A stretch of DNA of 64,000 nucleotides. It comes from Octopus sinensis. Its lineage: Eukaryota. Positions 1-12,009 of this stretch are shown here, piece by piece. The stretch covers positions 39,494,001-39,558,000 of the forward strand of contig NC_042998.1 in assembly GCF_006345805.1 (NCBI RefSeq). The letters are read 5' to 3'. Every line of letters begins with the position of its first letter. Position 1 is the stretch's first letter. Under the pieces are notes generated by a model. That model saw nothing but the letters and a program-made list of their open reading frames with translations, was not told the origin of the DNA and made no database searches. A program made the translations under genes and the position numbers.

Positions 1-790
1 CCTCATACAATGCTTCATCATTTCACCCAGAATTTTCTAATTTATTCCTTTCACTTTCCCTTTCATAGAGCGCAATTCCAGACCTTCTTAGATTTGAAAG
101 CCACTGATGAGCAATTTCCTCATACCCCAACGAAAGGAGAAGAGGTACGAAAAACTAATCGAAGAGTGCAGAGAACAGGGATGGAATGTCGAGTATTACC
201 ACCTGGCAGTGGGGGCTCGAGGCTTCATTGAAAGGAAAATGACAACGCTATTCAAAAGAAGATTTGTTTTTTCTAGCTCTAAGCTGCGAAAGCTAATAAG
301 GAAAGTACAGGAGGCGGTCGAAAAAGCCAGCTTCTATATATGGCTGAAGCAAGAAGACCAAAAATGGCTTGAAAGTCATAACATGCCAGCAGAAAATAAC
401 ATCACTAGGTGAGACAAGCTGACACAGAATCAGCTTCGCTGACTGACAGGTGACGGTCATTTAGAGAATGCGCAGGCTAAGATTACGTGCCTTCACTGGT
501 AAGTTAAGGTGAGACAGTGTCACATGACAACTTGCTGGGGCTGCCTGCTGGAGCCTAGCAGCAGGTATTTAAAGGGAAAAAATTTGACAAGTCAGTCAGT
601 CACCGGCTGACGCTACATCAAAGAGGCCAAGGAACAGAAGAAAGAGGACATGCACCCAACACCAGAGCTGAAAACACCTCCGAATGGGGGGGGGCACCAC
701 GTCAAATCAGTAGAGGAGTAGGGGCCGAAACCGGATGTGGTTCCTCCTGATGATGTCTTGAGCTAACTGGATCTGTTGTAATTCCTCAGA
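1..790 (+). mobile_element. 3' end of a restriction-like-endonuclease non-LTR retrotransposon (HERO/R2-like group) plus 3'UTR
   Basis: ORF 107-412 'KRYEKLIEECREQGWNVEYYHLAVGARGF...VEKASFYIWLK' matches the RLE C-terminus pattern KY..L..EC...GW.....VG.RGF; runs off the left edge. Confidence 0.7.
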
Positions 791-1909
791 TTCATCTAGT
801 CTTTTCGGAATATTTTAGCTGGTATAAACACTAAAGGGTTTTGAGAATGGGGTTCAAATACTTCTGCATGAAGTCTGTCTAAATATGTTTGTGTGCACAA
901 TATATCCAATGGTGAAACTGTAGCAGGTTTTCTAGTTCCGTAGTAGAAGAACCTACTTTAACCTCACAGAATATTCCCATCTACGACTTTTGAACAAAAA
1001 TGGCTCTGTAAGTATGAATGCAAACAAAGCTATCTTCATTACATACATCTTTCGATTCCAAATCCCATACAAAAATATATATGTATCACCCAGATTCATC
1101 ATTTTCAACCCACCAGTGTGTGTGTGTGTGTGTGCGCATGCGTGCATGTGTGTGTTATACTTTAGAATAAACAGTAAGCTGTCATTATAGTACTTGGAGT
1201 TTCAAATGTTGGAGCAAAGCGCTATGATGCATTCTCATCTGTCGCCATTATTTAAATTAACCAACATTCAAAACCGATTACTATAACGAGAACATTTTAC
1301 TGTTTGTTCTAAATTATAACATATATAAATAATCCTCTGTTTATCTAATATTGAGGTCTCGTTTTTTGTAGGTACTTTTTATTACTATTATTTGTGCAAA
1401 AACCTCTAGCAAAATAACCCTCTTGACAATCCTCCTTATCTCAATGAGTGAGAGAGAAAGAAAGAGAGAGAAAGAAAGGGTGAGTGAGTGTGTGTGTGTG
1501 TGTGTGCGTGCACATGCATGCCTGCACTGCCGTTTGTCTTCACTAAACTCTTCACTCTTTCTTTGTCTACATGTTTCTACTCCAATTTTAGAAAACAATG
1601 TGATAAAGCGTTCCTACCATTTTCCCACCCTTTAAACACCAATATAATTCTACAGAGCCAAGTTTACCACAGAACCTGCCATCATACACCATGTGCTGGC
1701 ATTCTCTTTCTATTTGCACTGGAAGTGATAACCCCTGCCAGTAAAAACTAATATCAGCAAAAACTAGTGATGGTTTATAACAGTAAAAACTAGAATAGTT
1801 CCATTGGCCTTAAGAGACAAACTTAATACAATCAGAAATAAAAACTTAAAAAATGAAGAAAAAATACTTAATAAAATTTCTTTTTTGAAAATATTTTAGA
1901 AATATTTAC

Positions 1910-2107
1910 TTGTCCAGAGTTCATATCAATTCCATAGTTTTGAATAGTTTTCCCTCCTATCATCATAGTATCATCATCGATGCGGAATGTAGAACTAAGA
2001 AGGGTTTCAGAGGATATAAGAAGTTGTTCGATATTAGCGCCATCCTCTTGATATAAACCACCATCAAGTGAGGGAATTAATCGTGTTTTCACTCCATTCT
2101 TTGACAG
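1910..2107 (-). CDS. EIF2AK3: PERK (EIF2AK3) coding exon 3, luminal domain: LSKNGVKTRLIPSLDGGLYQEDG...IGGKTIQNYGIDMNSGQ
   Basis: Acceptor TTTGTTTCCAG, donor CAA|GTAAAT, 198 nt phase 0-0; aligns to human PERK 'IIPSLDGALFQ...[31 protein letters not shown]'. Confidence 0.93.
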
Positions 2108-2339
2108 CTGGAAACAAATTAAATCATTTTGTTAGTAGCTATTACAAATGCATTGTCTAAATTTAGAATGCATCTTTAGTTCAAGTTTCTAGAATATTCT
2201 ATTAGAATTAAACACATAGCACAGATTCACAGAAGCAACAAGTTATTGATATCTTTACAAACATAATAGACAGGATTTCTTTTTAACATTTAGAACTGAG
2301 ACAGTCTGTTCTGCTGTTATTTTGCTTTGTTGATAAGAG

Positions 2340-2520
2340 TAATCTCATCGTCCTTTTAATGTCCGTTTTCCATGCTGGCATGGGTTGGACGGTTTGACCA
2401 GAGCAGGCAAGCTACACCAGGTTCCAGTCTGATTTGGCATGGTTTCTACAACCAGATGCCATTCCTAACACCAGCCACTTTGCAGTGTGTGTGTGCTGAG
2501 TGCTTGTAATGTGCCACCAA
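2340..2520 (-). mobile_element. 3' tail of the RTE LINE family (SINE-like truncated copy)
   Basis: 'catcgtcc...ttttccatgctggcatgggttggacggtttgac' is the same 3' end as the LINE at 33840-37615. Confidence 0.8.
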
Positions 2521-3399
2521 CATTAAACTCTCAGAGAGTGTAAAACAAAAGCAACTTATTTCTGTGTTTTCGAATTTGTTACTATGGAGATCGATTCACT
2601 TGTCAACATCAATAAACAATGCTTTGTAACGAGTCACCTGGCAAGCAACAGACATATTGTTTAGATACTGTCAGTGAGCCTCTTTCTCTTGTGTCACAAA
2701 TTGATGGATTTCACATTGAAAAATATTCACAGTTAATTTCTTTCAGAGTATAATGGGTTATTAATGTACTTTATGGAGCCCTGGTGTGAGTGTTAAATGA
2801 CATCAGTGAAAGAATGATGTAGCAGCACAGAAAGATGATATCCAAAAAAGATAGGCCAATGGTCTGAAGTACTGTATTAGTAAACCATAAATACCAAATG
2901 ATGACACAGACAATGGTAGAAAGACAAGAGAGGAGAGTGATGCCAAAATGAGAGGTAACGTCTGTGATGGAATATTCAAGAATGAAAGCAACATTACAAT
3001 TCAAGTCTAAATGCAAAAAGCAATTATAGTAGAAAACAATCTGAGCTTCTCAGAACTGCTTGTTAGTCAGTGGAGAACTAAAACCAGGATAGAATGCACA
3101 GAACTGGGAGACTTCTCTGTTCAGCTCAGGGTTCAAGAGTTCAATGTAGTCCGAGATCAAAGCACAGGAGAAAAAGATGAATCCAAAAGCCATGAGGATT
3201 TTGAGTAGAAATCTAGACTGAATTTACCACCAGCAGCATACTATAACACATTTCAATAAAGATCTAAGCATCTTCAGTAGAGCATAAAGGAGATGCGACT
3301 AGAAAGATAAAGATTATGAAACATGCAAAGATGTTTTTGGCATGGAAAAAGTAAAATCTGACAAACCACATGGTCCCAGAAAGAAACTGTACCACATCA

Positions 3400-4070
3400 T
3401 AGAAATGAGGAAGGAAGATTATTAAGGAAAAGATGAGAGAGAAAAAGCTGCCTTAAACCAGCGAAGTTCATAGCCGCAAACAACTCTGCTTCGGCATTAT
3501 ATGGTAGAGACAATACAGGATAAGCAGGGAGAGAGTGGAGCATAAACAAAGGAAAGCATTTTCACCCCTTTGTGGTTTTATGGTTGACCTTCATGGAAAG
3601 CCAAAGAGTAAAATATAGAGAGGCAGTAGTGCACAGTGACCCCACCAGCAGAGACATTATTATATTGGGAGATTGTCTTCTTCAACAGCAAATGTTCAAG
3701 CCAGAAACTCCTCTCAACAAGGCAGATTTCACACTTGATAAAAGAGACAAATGGTGGCAAAAGCACGAGTAAGCTCTGCTCCACAATCATCTGGTATCAC
3801 TTAAAGGATCTACAAAAACTACCTTCTGCTACAAAGACTGCTGTTTATGCATGCTTTGGAAGAAAAAGCAGGAATTCAGCAGGAACTCACTAAGTCTGCT
3901 TTATCCTTAAAGAACTGAATCCATCAGAATTTGACCAATTTGGAGAGATTTCCTTGTAAAATATTGAAGAGAAAGTATTCTGACCATCATTGCTAAAAGG
4001 CTAATATCAGGTCCACTTATCAATGAGAATATTACATTCATACAAGTATCCAAAAATAAAGAATTCTGAA
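3400..4070 (+). mobile_element. Highly degenerate HERO-like retrotransposon, pre-RT/RT N-terminal part
   Basis: Frameshifted translation ending 'SILTIIAKRLISGPLINENYIHTSIQK' resembles HERO RT region '.SILAKRL...L..N.YI.TS.QK'. Confidence 0.5.
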
Positions 4071-4844
4071 TGTTTTGAACTTATATTGATTATCATTAAA
4101 GAAGCCAAAAGCTGTCACACTTTCAGTCATTTGGTTAGTTCTCGTCAAAGCCTATCCAAGCATACCCCATCGACTGATCCAGAATGAATTGGAGCACTAC
4201 CAAGTATTGAGAGTAGGGGAGTCATGGTTCTGATGTCCCACAAGGATTTGTTAAAGATGAAATTCACCAACAAAGGACTATTTGAGAAGGATGTAATAGC
4301 AAGATCTACAACAAAATCCATTATTGTAAACATGAACTGACTACTAAACTTAGAAGGAAAACTGTGCAGAAGACCAAAGTGTTATGCTTCGCTCAATTAG
4401 AGAATATATTGAATGTTCGTAACGGCAAGTTACACTGTTCACTTCTGAGGGCCACAGTGTACAGTTCCTAGCATCCTCCACATGCATAGTGGTATTGGCT
4501 CTTTAATGGCTGCTAGCTCTATTCATCTCTCATCTCATGATTTCCACATGGTTGCACGAGACTTCCATTGAGAGTTTTATATATATACGCATATATAAGG
4601 ATACAAAATCAGCAACCCAATAATGCAACTATCATCACATAAAGACATCTAACAAGACACCCAACCAGAAGAGAAGTTACATGTGAAATTACATCAATCC
4701 AAAGAACACAGCATAACTTGAAATTGATGGGAAAAAAATGGCTGCATGGTAAGAGATAAAATTCACCCACCAACTCTCTCCAAAAAAAAAATCTATGAAC
4801 CCAAGTATCTTGAAAGAAAAGCTGACCATCAACATCATCAGGAT

Positions 4845-5960
4845 TCAAGGGTTCGACATTCTAACAATCTAAGAAAAAGGAATTTAGTACATCATCATCG
4901 TTTAACGTCCGCTTTCCATGCTGGCATGGGTTGAACGGTTTGACTGAGGACTGGCGAGCCAGATGGCTGCACCGGGCTCCAATCTGATCTGGCAGAGTTT
5001 CTACAGTTGGATGCCCTTCCTAGCGCCAACCACTCTGAGAGTGTAGTGGGTGCTTTTATGTGCCACCAGCACAAGGGCCAGTCAAGCATTACTGGCAACG
5101 ATTACACTCGGATGGTGCTCTTAGCACTCCACTAGCATGGATGCCAGTCATGCGGTGCTGTCATCTAATATGTTTTCGATTTCACTTGCCTCAACAAGTC
5201 TTCGCAAGTAGAGTTTAGTGTCCAATGAAGGAAAGGTACACATAAGTGGGCTGGTTACGCCTCTGGCATAGGCCACTAGATTATGGTCTCACTTGGCTTG
5301 CTGGGTCTTCTCAAGCACAGCATATTTCCAAAGGTCTCGGTCACTAGTCATTTCCTTGGTGAGGCCAAATTTTCGAAGGTTGTGCTTCACCACTTCATCC
5401 CAGGTCTTCCTGGGTCTACCTCAACCGCTAGGGTGTGGCACTTTTTCACACAGCTGTCCTCATCCATTCTTGCCACATGACCATACCAGCGCAGTCATCT
5501 CTCTTGCAAACCACATCTGATGCTTCTTAGGTCCAACTTTTCTCTCAGGGCACTAACACTCTGTCGAGTATGCAAACTGATATTACACATCCAGCAGAGC
5601 TTACTGGCTTCATTCCTTGCGAGCTTACGCATGTCCTCAGCAGTCACGGCCCATGTTTTACTGCCATGTAGCATGGCTGTTTGTACACATGTGTCATACA
5701 GTCTACCTATTACTCTGAGCAGGAAGCCCTTTGTCACTAGCAGAGGTAGGAGCTCTCTCAATTTTGCCCAGGCTATTCTTATTCTACCAGCTACACTTAC
5801 AGAGCACCCAGCCCCTGCTACTGACTTGGTCACCTAGGTAACAGAAGCTATCAACTACTTCTAGTTTTTCTCCCTGGAATGTGGCACATTTTCAGTGTTT
5901 ATAGCACCTGAGCATCTGCCACATACAAAAACCATCTTCCCAGTTAGCTTTCCTTAGATA
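4845..5960 (-). mobile_element. 5'-truncated RTE LINE copy with 3'UTR and (GAT)n tail
   Basis: ORF 5495-5833 'RIRIAWAKLRELLPLLVTKG...HGSKTWAVTAEDMRKLARNEAS'; tail reads catcatcatcg on the + strand. Confidence 0.9.
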
Positions 5961-7350
5961 TTGCTGCATTAGAAAGAATTATGACAGCACTCTGCAGGAC
6001 ACCAGCAATACCCAGTTTGTGGCTGGAAGTATTTGATAAAAACCAGCTACTTGGAAGAAATAGACATGAGATCTCCAGTACACTACCATGTCCAGACTGC
6101 AATGGTCATTCATGCTGTACGACTTCCTCGTGACTCAAATGGAAGAGAGGCTGTGCAGTAAATTCATACAAGGATGGCTGTTTGTTCCCCTAACTTTCAG
6201 TTTGGTCAACCTTACACTGATATGGTTCCAAGCTGTACTTACAACTTAATCAGAGGTGGAAGATTTCAAAACCACCAAGAGTGGTTATACATGCTACTGT
6301 CTGAAGATAAGAAACTCAGACATGCCAACAAGACCATAAAAGATGGCATGAATAAGCTGTGTAAGAAGCAGAAGCATATTGGTAATGCCAGAATAAATTG
6401 AGATTGTTTGTCATGAACAGAAACATCTTCTTGGACACTACAACAGCATGAGAAAGGGCCAAGTCAGTCAATACAAAGGGCAAGAGAAGATTCATTGTGC
6501 AGAAGATCGAAAGGCAATCAAATAAATCAAATAAAGATTGGTGGCCAAGGACAGTGGTAGTAAAAACTTCTTAAGTAATAAGCATCTGAGAAGGGTTTCT
6601 AGGGTATTGGCCAATGCAAGCTGTTCTTCCTCCTGTGTGCTCTAGCTGACCTCTGATCACCTTAAAAATCTGGATTAAAGACAAGGATCCATCATGCAAG
6701 CAGTGTGGAACAAGTCTTTGCACCCTGAATCGCATTTGATCATCAGAAATCCTAAAGTATTGAGAGAAGACTGACACAAGTGAAGGCACAACAAGTCCTT
6801 ACAAAAATTGACAAATGAACAGAGCTGTAGTGAGGAGATAAGGATCAGAGGACAAAAACAGCTCCAAGGAACCAGCTTTCCTGCTTTTCCTCAAGCATAT
6901 AACTGGGACATGCAAGTAACCAACCTAAGTGAGATTATTGCCATCACTTCCAGAAAGGTTCATCTTTTTGGAAGAAGTAGCAGTAACCTCACTCCAATCG
7001 GATATTGTTCCAGGAACACAAAAAACATTTTAGCAGCCTACCTCACAGTAACCTGCAAGAGCAGACTTAATATATCTCGCCAACAGAAGAAAGTCAAGTA
7101 CCAGAATTTGATTCATGAGGCTCTTGTCAAAAGATGGCAACTATCTTTATTCCCCAATTCCCATCAAGATCAATATGAGTTGTTGTTGTTTTGTTTTTTC
7201 TGGAAGACTGCTTTGGAACCCTAACAACTGAAAAAAGCCCCAAGGAAGATAGCCAAGCAGGCTGGGGGCAGCTGAAGTGGTGGCTGGCAAGAGACTATAA
7301 ATGGAACCTTTCTGCAGACGAAGGCTAATTCACAAGGGTGATGAAATGCA
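5960..7350 (+). mobile_element. Degenerate HERO-like retrotransposon, C-terminal zinc-knuckle/RLE part
   Basis: Remnant motifs 'YNWDMQV.NL..IIAIT...', 'LTV...', 'KKVKYQNLIHE...RW', 'KAPRKIAKQAG'; many stops; probably the same element as 3400-4070 split by later insertions. Confidence 0.55.
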
Positions 7351-8417
7351 ATTTTTATTTGTGTTACTTTTTGACTCGCTCTCATATAAAGGAGGGAAAA
7401 TCAAAAGGTAATGCAAGTAAAAACTGCATTACTTTCTGACTCCCCCCTGAAGTCGTCACTGGCCTTAACAGGCGAAGGTACAAAATACTTGTCACTCTCA
7501 GATACCAGCTGAAAATGCAGAGGGGTTGCCAACAACATGAATACTCTGTTCTCCACCAAGAGAAAGAACTTCAAGTAATCCTGAAGTTTCTGCTCATGGC
7601 AAAGCATCTTCAATGTTTATCATTTACAAATGAAGCTTAACTTGTCCTACTTTACTAAGTAACTGACAAGATAATTTAGCCTGTGGAGATAAAAACAGTT
7701 ACGATTTCTAACGATACATTAAAAAGCATGAAAAAAATAGATTTGGGAGAGAGACTGACTGCAATTGGTAACAATGGTCTTGTGGCAACTAATAGAATTA
7801 CAGTTCAAATCCTATCAGTGGATCTATCTTTTTTCAGGGGAAGGGTTGCCATGATCCCTTTCAAGGTTTCTAAGACTGGAGAAGGACAATTACTCTCAAA
7901 TCGGAGACTTGATCTGAAGAGTTGTAATGGAGTGCAACGACCAGTGAATGTTATTAAACCAGTCAATGGATTGTGTTCTGTCCAAGAATATTTCTTTCTA
8001 GCTAATTTCACTGTGAAGGCATTAATTGAGCCAACAATATGATGAAGAAAGATACTTGCCCATAATGTTAAATAAGTAAATAACTTTTTTAAATACACTA
8101 AAAAAAGCTAAACAGTCGACTATTTTATTTCTAAAAAAAAAATTAAGTTGACAGCACTCATTTTATATTTATTTCTTTGTTTCTTAAAATTATAGACAAA
8201 AACAAACTTTATGTTCCTAAATATACCTTTAACATATGTATCATCAAATCAAAATTATTGTTAGTAAGTGGTTTATCTTTGCCGTAGTAGTAGCAGTGAA
8301 TATTAGTAATCTAATAGGAGTTTCCATTACAAAAGCTCAAAATATATAAATATGTACGCAAAAAATTATCTTTAAAAAAATTGGAATTAAAATTTTAAAA
8401 ATCAAAATTAATCTCAC

Positions 8418-8544
8418 CTCTATCTTACTGATACTAGATGATAGTAATGGTTGAGAATTAGCTTGGACACTCCATAAAATTTTTCCATTGTTCTTCACAT
8501 CAAAAGCCTGCACTCTGCCATCTAATGTGCTGACAATGAAAACA
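8418..8544 (-). CDS. EIF2AK3: PERK coding exon 2: (T)VFIVSTLDGRVQAFDVKNNGKILWSVQANSQPLLSSSISKIE
   Basis: Acceptor TTTTCTTCTTTCTAG, donor GAG|GTGAGA, 127 nt phase 2-0; matches human PERK '[42 protein letters not shown]'. Confidence 0.93.
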
Positions 8545-9054
8545 CTAGAAAGAAGAAAAAAAATATTCATATGTGAAACAACTTGACAACTTTCCAAAAT
8601 TATTTGAAAAAGTAATTTTCAAATATAAAAGTTATGTCTCTACTCCGTGGAGCGAAGATAGGAGAGATATGCAATGATGTGAAAATGGAAGATCCCAAAG
8701 GGTTTGGTATGAAACTCTGGTGTCAAGAGTTATACCAAACCCCAACTGGATGTCACTGCACTGTTCCAAAGGTCCCACCCATCCACTATAAACTGCAATA
8801 GCTTGGGATTCAAAGGCCCAGAGCTATTTAATATCTTGTCAAAACATCTGAGAGATCTAAAATAAGTAAGGATAGATGTTTTCAAGAAACAACTTGACCT
8901 CCTGCTGTTCAAGGACCTAGATGAAAGAGCAGCAATATCAACTCCCTCCTTCACCAATCACAAAAGAATGGTTGTTGAAAAAGCAACAATACTGGCAATG
9001 ACCCAGCATGGCCACAGCCTTTGGGCTGAAGTGCATAAAAGAATATATATACTT

Positions 9055-10790
9055 ATCATCATCATCGTTTAATGTCTGCTTTCCATGCTGGCATGATTTG
9101 GACGGTTTAACTGAGAATTGGTAAGCCAGGAGGCTTCACCAGGTTCCAATCTGATTTGGCAAGGTTTCTACATCTGGATGCACTTCCTAATGCCAACCAC
9201 TCTGATAATGTATTCGGCCATGCTCGAATGGTGCTTTTTATATGCCACCAGCACAGGTGACAGGCAGATAGCACTGGCACAGGTACCAGTCAGGTGGCAA
9301 TAGCATCAGCCACGACTACGATTTCACTTGGTTCAACAGGTCATCTCAAGCACAGCATATTGCCTGATGATTGAAGGGTGCTTTTAAACAGGGCAGTTAT
9401 GAGACACAAGCATCGGCCATGACTACAATCTCACTTGGCTTGCCGGGTTGTCTCAAGCACAACATACCTCCAAAGGTCTCGGTCACTTGACATTGACTGT
9501 GAGGCCCAGTATTCGAAGGTCATGCATCACCATCTTATCCCATGTCTTCCTGGGTCTGCCTCTTCCACAGGTTCCTTCCAGCGTTAGGGTGTGACACTTC
9601 TTCACATAGCTATCCCCATCCATATGCAACACATAACCATACCAGTGCAGTTGTCTCTCTTGCACACTACATTTGATGCTTCTTATGCCCAACTTTTCTC
9701 TCAGAGCACTTACATTGTCATGTATGCATACTGATATTACACATCCAGCAGATCATACTACTTTCGTTTCTTTCAAGCCTATGCAGTCACAGCCCATGTT
9801 TCACTGCCATGTAGCATAGCTGTCCACACACAGGCATCATACAGTCTACCTTTCAATCTGAACAAGAGGCTTTTTGATACCAGCATAGGTAAAAGCTCTC
9901 TGAACTTTGTCCAGGATATTCTTATTCTAGTAGCTATGCTCTCAGAGCATCCACCCCCACTACTGACTTAGTCACATAGGAAATGGAAGCCATCAACTAC
10001 TTCTAGTCTTTCCCTCTGGCATGTGATCTGCTTTCTGTACATCTTCAGTGTTTAATGCACCTGTGCATCTGCCACATACAAAAGCTATCTTCCCAGTTAA
10101 CCTTCCTTTGATATTGCAGCACCTCTTGTGTGTCCATAGTTTACACCAAGTACATCTTGAGGAGTTTCTACCTACGCCTTTTCTACAGATCAATTAGGGC
10201 CATCTATCTAAAGGGATTTGTGATTTGCCGGCTTTCCTACTTATTAAGACTTTGGTTTTTGCTAGGTTAGCTCTAAGGCCGTTCAATTCTAGTCCTTACT
10301 TCCACACCTGAAACTTCAGATAGTGACTCAGCTATTAGAGCAAGGTCATCAGTATAGAGGAGCTCCTAGGGGCATCCTGACCTAAATCCCTCTGTTATGA
10401 CCTGGAGGATTATGATGAACAAAAGGGGACTGAGGACTGATTCTTGGTGAACCCAGAATTCTTCACTATACTCATTGCCAACCCTCACCTTACTAATAGC
10501 ATCCCTGTACATGGCTTGTAGAGCTCTCAACAACCACTTATCTATCCCTACTTTCCACATTGACCACCAGATAAGGAATTAGGAGACCCAGTCAAAGGCT
10601 TTCTCCATGTCAACAAAAGTACAGAGGTTTATCTTTGACTAGGAATTTCTCCTGCAGCTGTCATACCAGAAATATAATGTCAGTGATGCTTCTCCCTGGC
10701 CAAAACCCAAACTGCATCTCATCTAAAGTAACTCTCTCCCTAATTAGTTGGGCTATGACCTTCTCCATGACTTTCATCACCTGATCCAAC
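9055..10790 (-). mobile_element. 5'-truncated degenerate RTE LINE copy in PERK intron 1
   Basis: RT fragments in ORFs 10366-10560, 9993-10193, 9483-9692 match the 878-aa ORF; (GAT)n tail at about 9055. Confidence 0.9.
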
Positions 10791-10884
10791 TAATATGGTA
10801 CAATTTTCATCATATATATATATACATATATTTATATAAGAAAAGCCGTTAGAAAGCCAATTATAGCAGTGACTCCATCTAAGA

Positions 10885-10924
10885 ATATCTGAAGAAGGAA
10901 TATTATTCTGAAATATTGTATCAG
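10885..10924 (+). ncRNA. Minimal type I hammerhead ribozyme motif in a PLE pseudo-LTR remnant
   Basis: ATAT-CTGAAGA-A-GGAAT(ATT)ATTCT-GAAA-TATT-GTAT: core, 5-bp stem II, palindromic AATATT stem III, 4-bp stem I with one G-U. Confidence 0.6.
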
Positions 10925-11047
10925 ACTATGGATGATTAAATTACAACAGGTATATAGCCCATTGTTTAAATTATAGTGCATTGTTGTACCATTCAAAACT
11001 TTTTATTCTTTACAATGTACAATGCTTCAAGCGAACTACAATACTCT

Positions 11048-11081
<34 letters not shown>

Positions 11082-11087
<6 letters not shown>

Positions 11088-11830
11088 GCACATGCCAATT
11101 CATACATACCGGCCAATATATAAACACAAAAACCGGGAAAATATTCACAAACGCAAATATGAACTGCAAAAGCAGAAATTTTATTTACTGCATCAAATGC
11201 CCAAATTGTGAAGAAATATATGTAGGTCAGACAGGAAATGCACTATCAGAACGCTCACGTGTACACCGACAACAGATTAGAGACCCAGAGATCCGTCAGA
11301 TACCTTTGAGTAACCACCTAGCAACATGTGGTCGGAAAATATATATAATATTTCCATTCTACAAATTACACAGCCCAAGTGAAATCGAGAGGAAAATCAG
11401 AGAAAAGAATTTTTTTGATAAATTCGAACCCAAGCTAAATAAGCAATAATAATAATACTTAGAGGTACTACTTCTACTGCTACGACCATGACCACTAACA
11501 ACAACAACAATACTAAAGGTGATCAAGATGAAGATAGCAGGAAAATTATCTTATTTAGGGTTAAAAGTTCTATTGCCACCACCATCACCACTAGCAACAA
11601 TAATTAAGGTGCTGACAATTGAAATCCCTGACAAAGGCTATTTACAACATTTCTAAAAATAGCCCAACAATTGCTACCTCGGCCAGGGTTAAGATACAGG
11701 ACTCTTGACATGTTCAACAAAGTGTGATGCCTAAACCAATCAGCTTAAGTAATTGAGTGATGCTACACACTGATTGGTCAGAATACAGTTTGCAAAACCT
11801 GGCAATTGGAGCCTACACAGGTGTATTTAA
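11082..11830 (+). mobile_element. Penelope-like element 3' fragment (GIY-YIG endonuclease + 3'UTR), Neptune-like
   Basis: 'CGTCQFI...MNCKSRNFIYCIKCPNCEEIYVGQTG...RVHRQQIR...HLATCG...FPFYK...LN'; starts in a (TA)n tract; decayed hammerhead at 11628-11674. Confidence 0.85.
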
Positions 11831-12009
11831 GGCAAAAATTACACCAAAGAGATTCTTACCTACAAACAATGGAATTTTACGACCAGTAGCACAGCATATG
11901 GATTGACTCTGACAGAGACAAAACTGATCCCCAAATGCAGAACCAACCACATAGCAAAAAAAAAACTACTGGCCAATTGCATGCCAGAACTTAATTTATA
12001 AAGATATAA

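Noticed and set aside
103-140. CTGATGA...GAAA matches here and at 3240-3290 (-), 12664 and 16677
   Set aside because: No stem II or stem III pairing; chance matches
705-760. Hammerhead-like pieces in the HERO 3'UTR (GUA, 6-bp GAGGAG/TTCCTC stem, CTGATGA, nearby GAAA)
   Set aside because: GAAA lies inside the stem I loop and no stem II/GAAA follows the core, so no valid topology can be drawn
953-1010. 'KSRRWEYSVR' resembling PERK 'EKWNFSVG' as a further exon
   Set aside because: No intervening exon 4 (VRYIC...) found between 1910 and 1010, weak donor, wrong context; later PERK exons are probably outside the window
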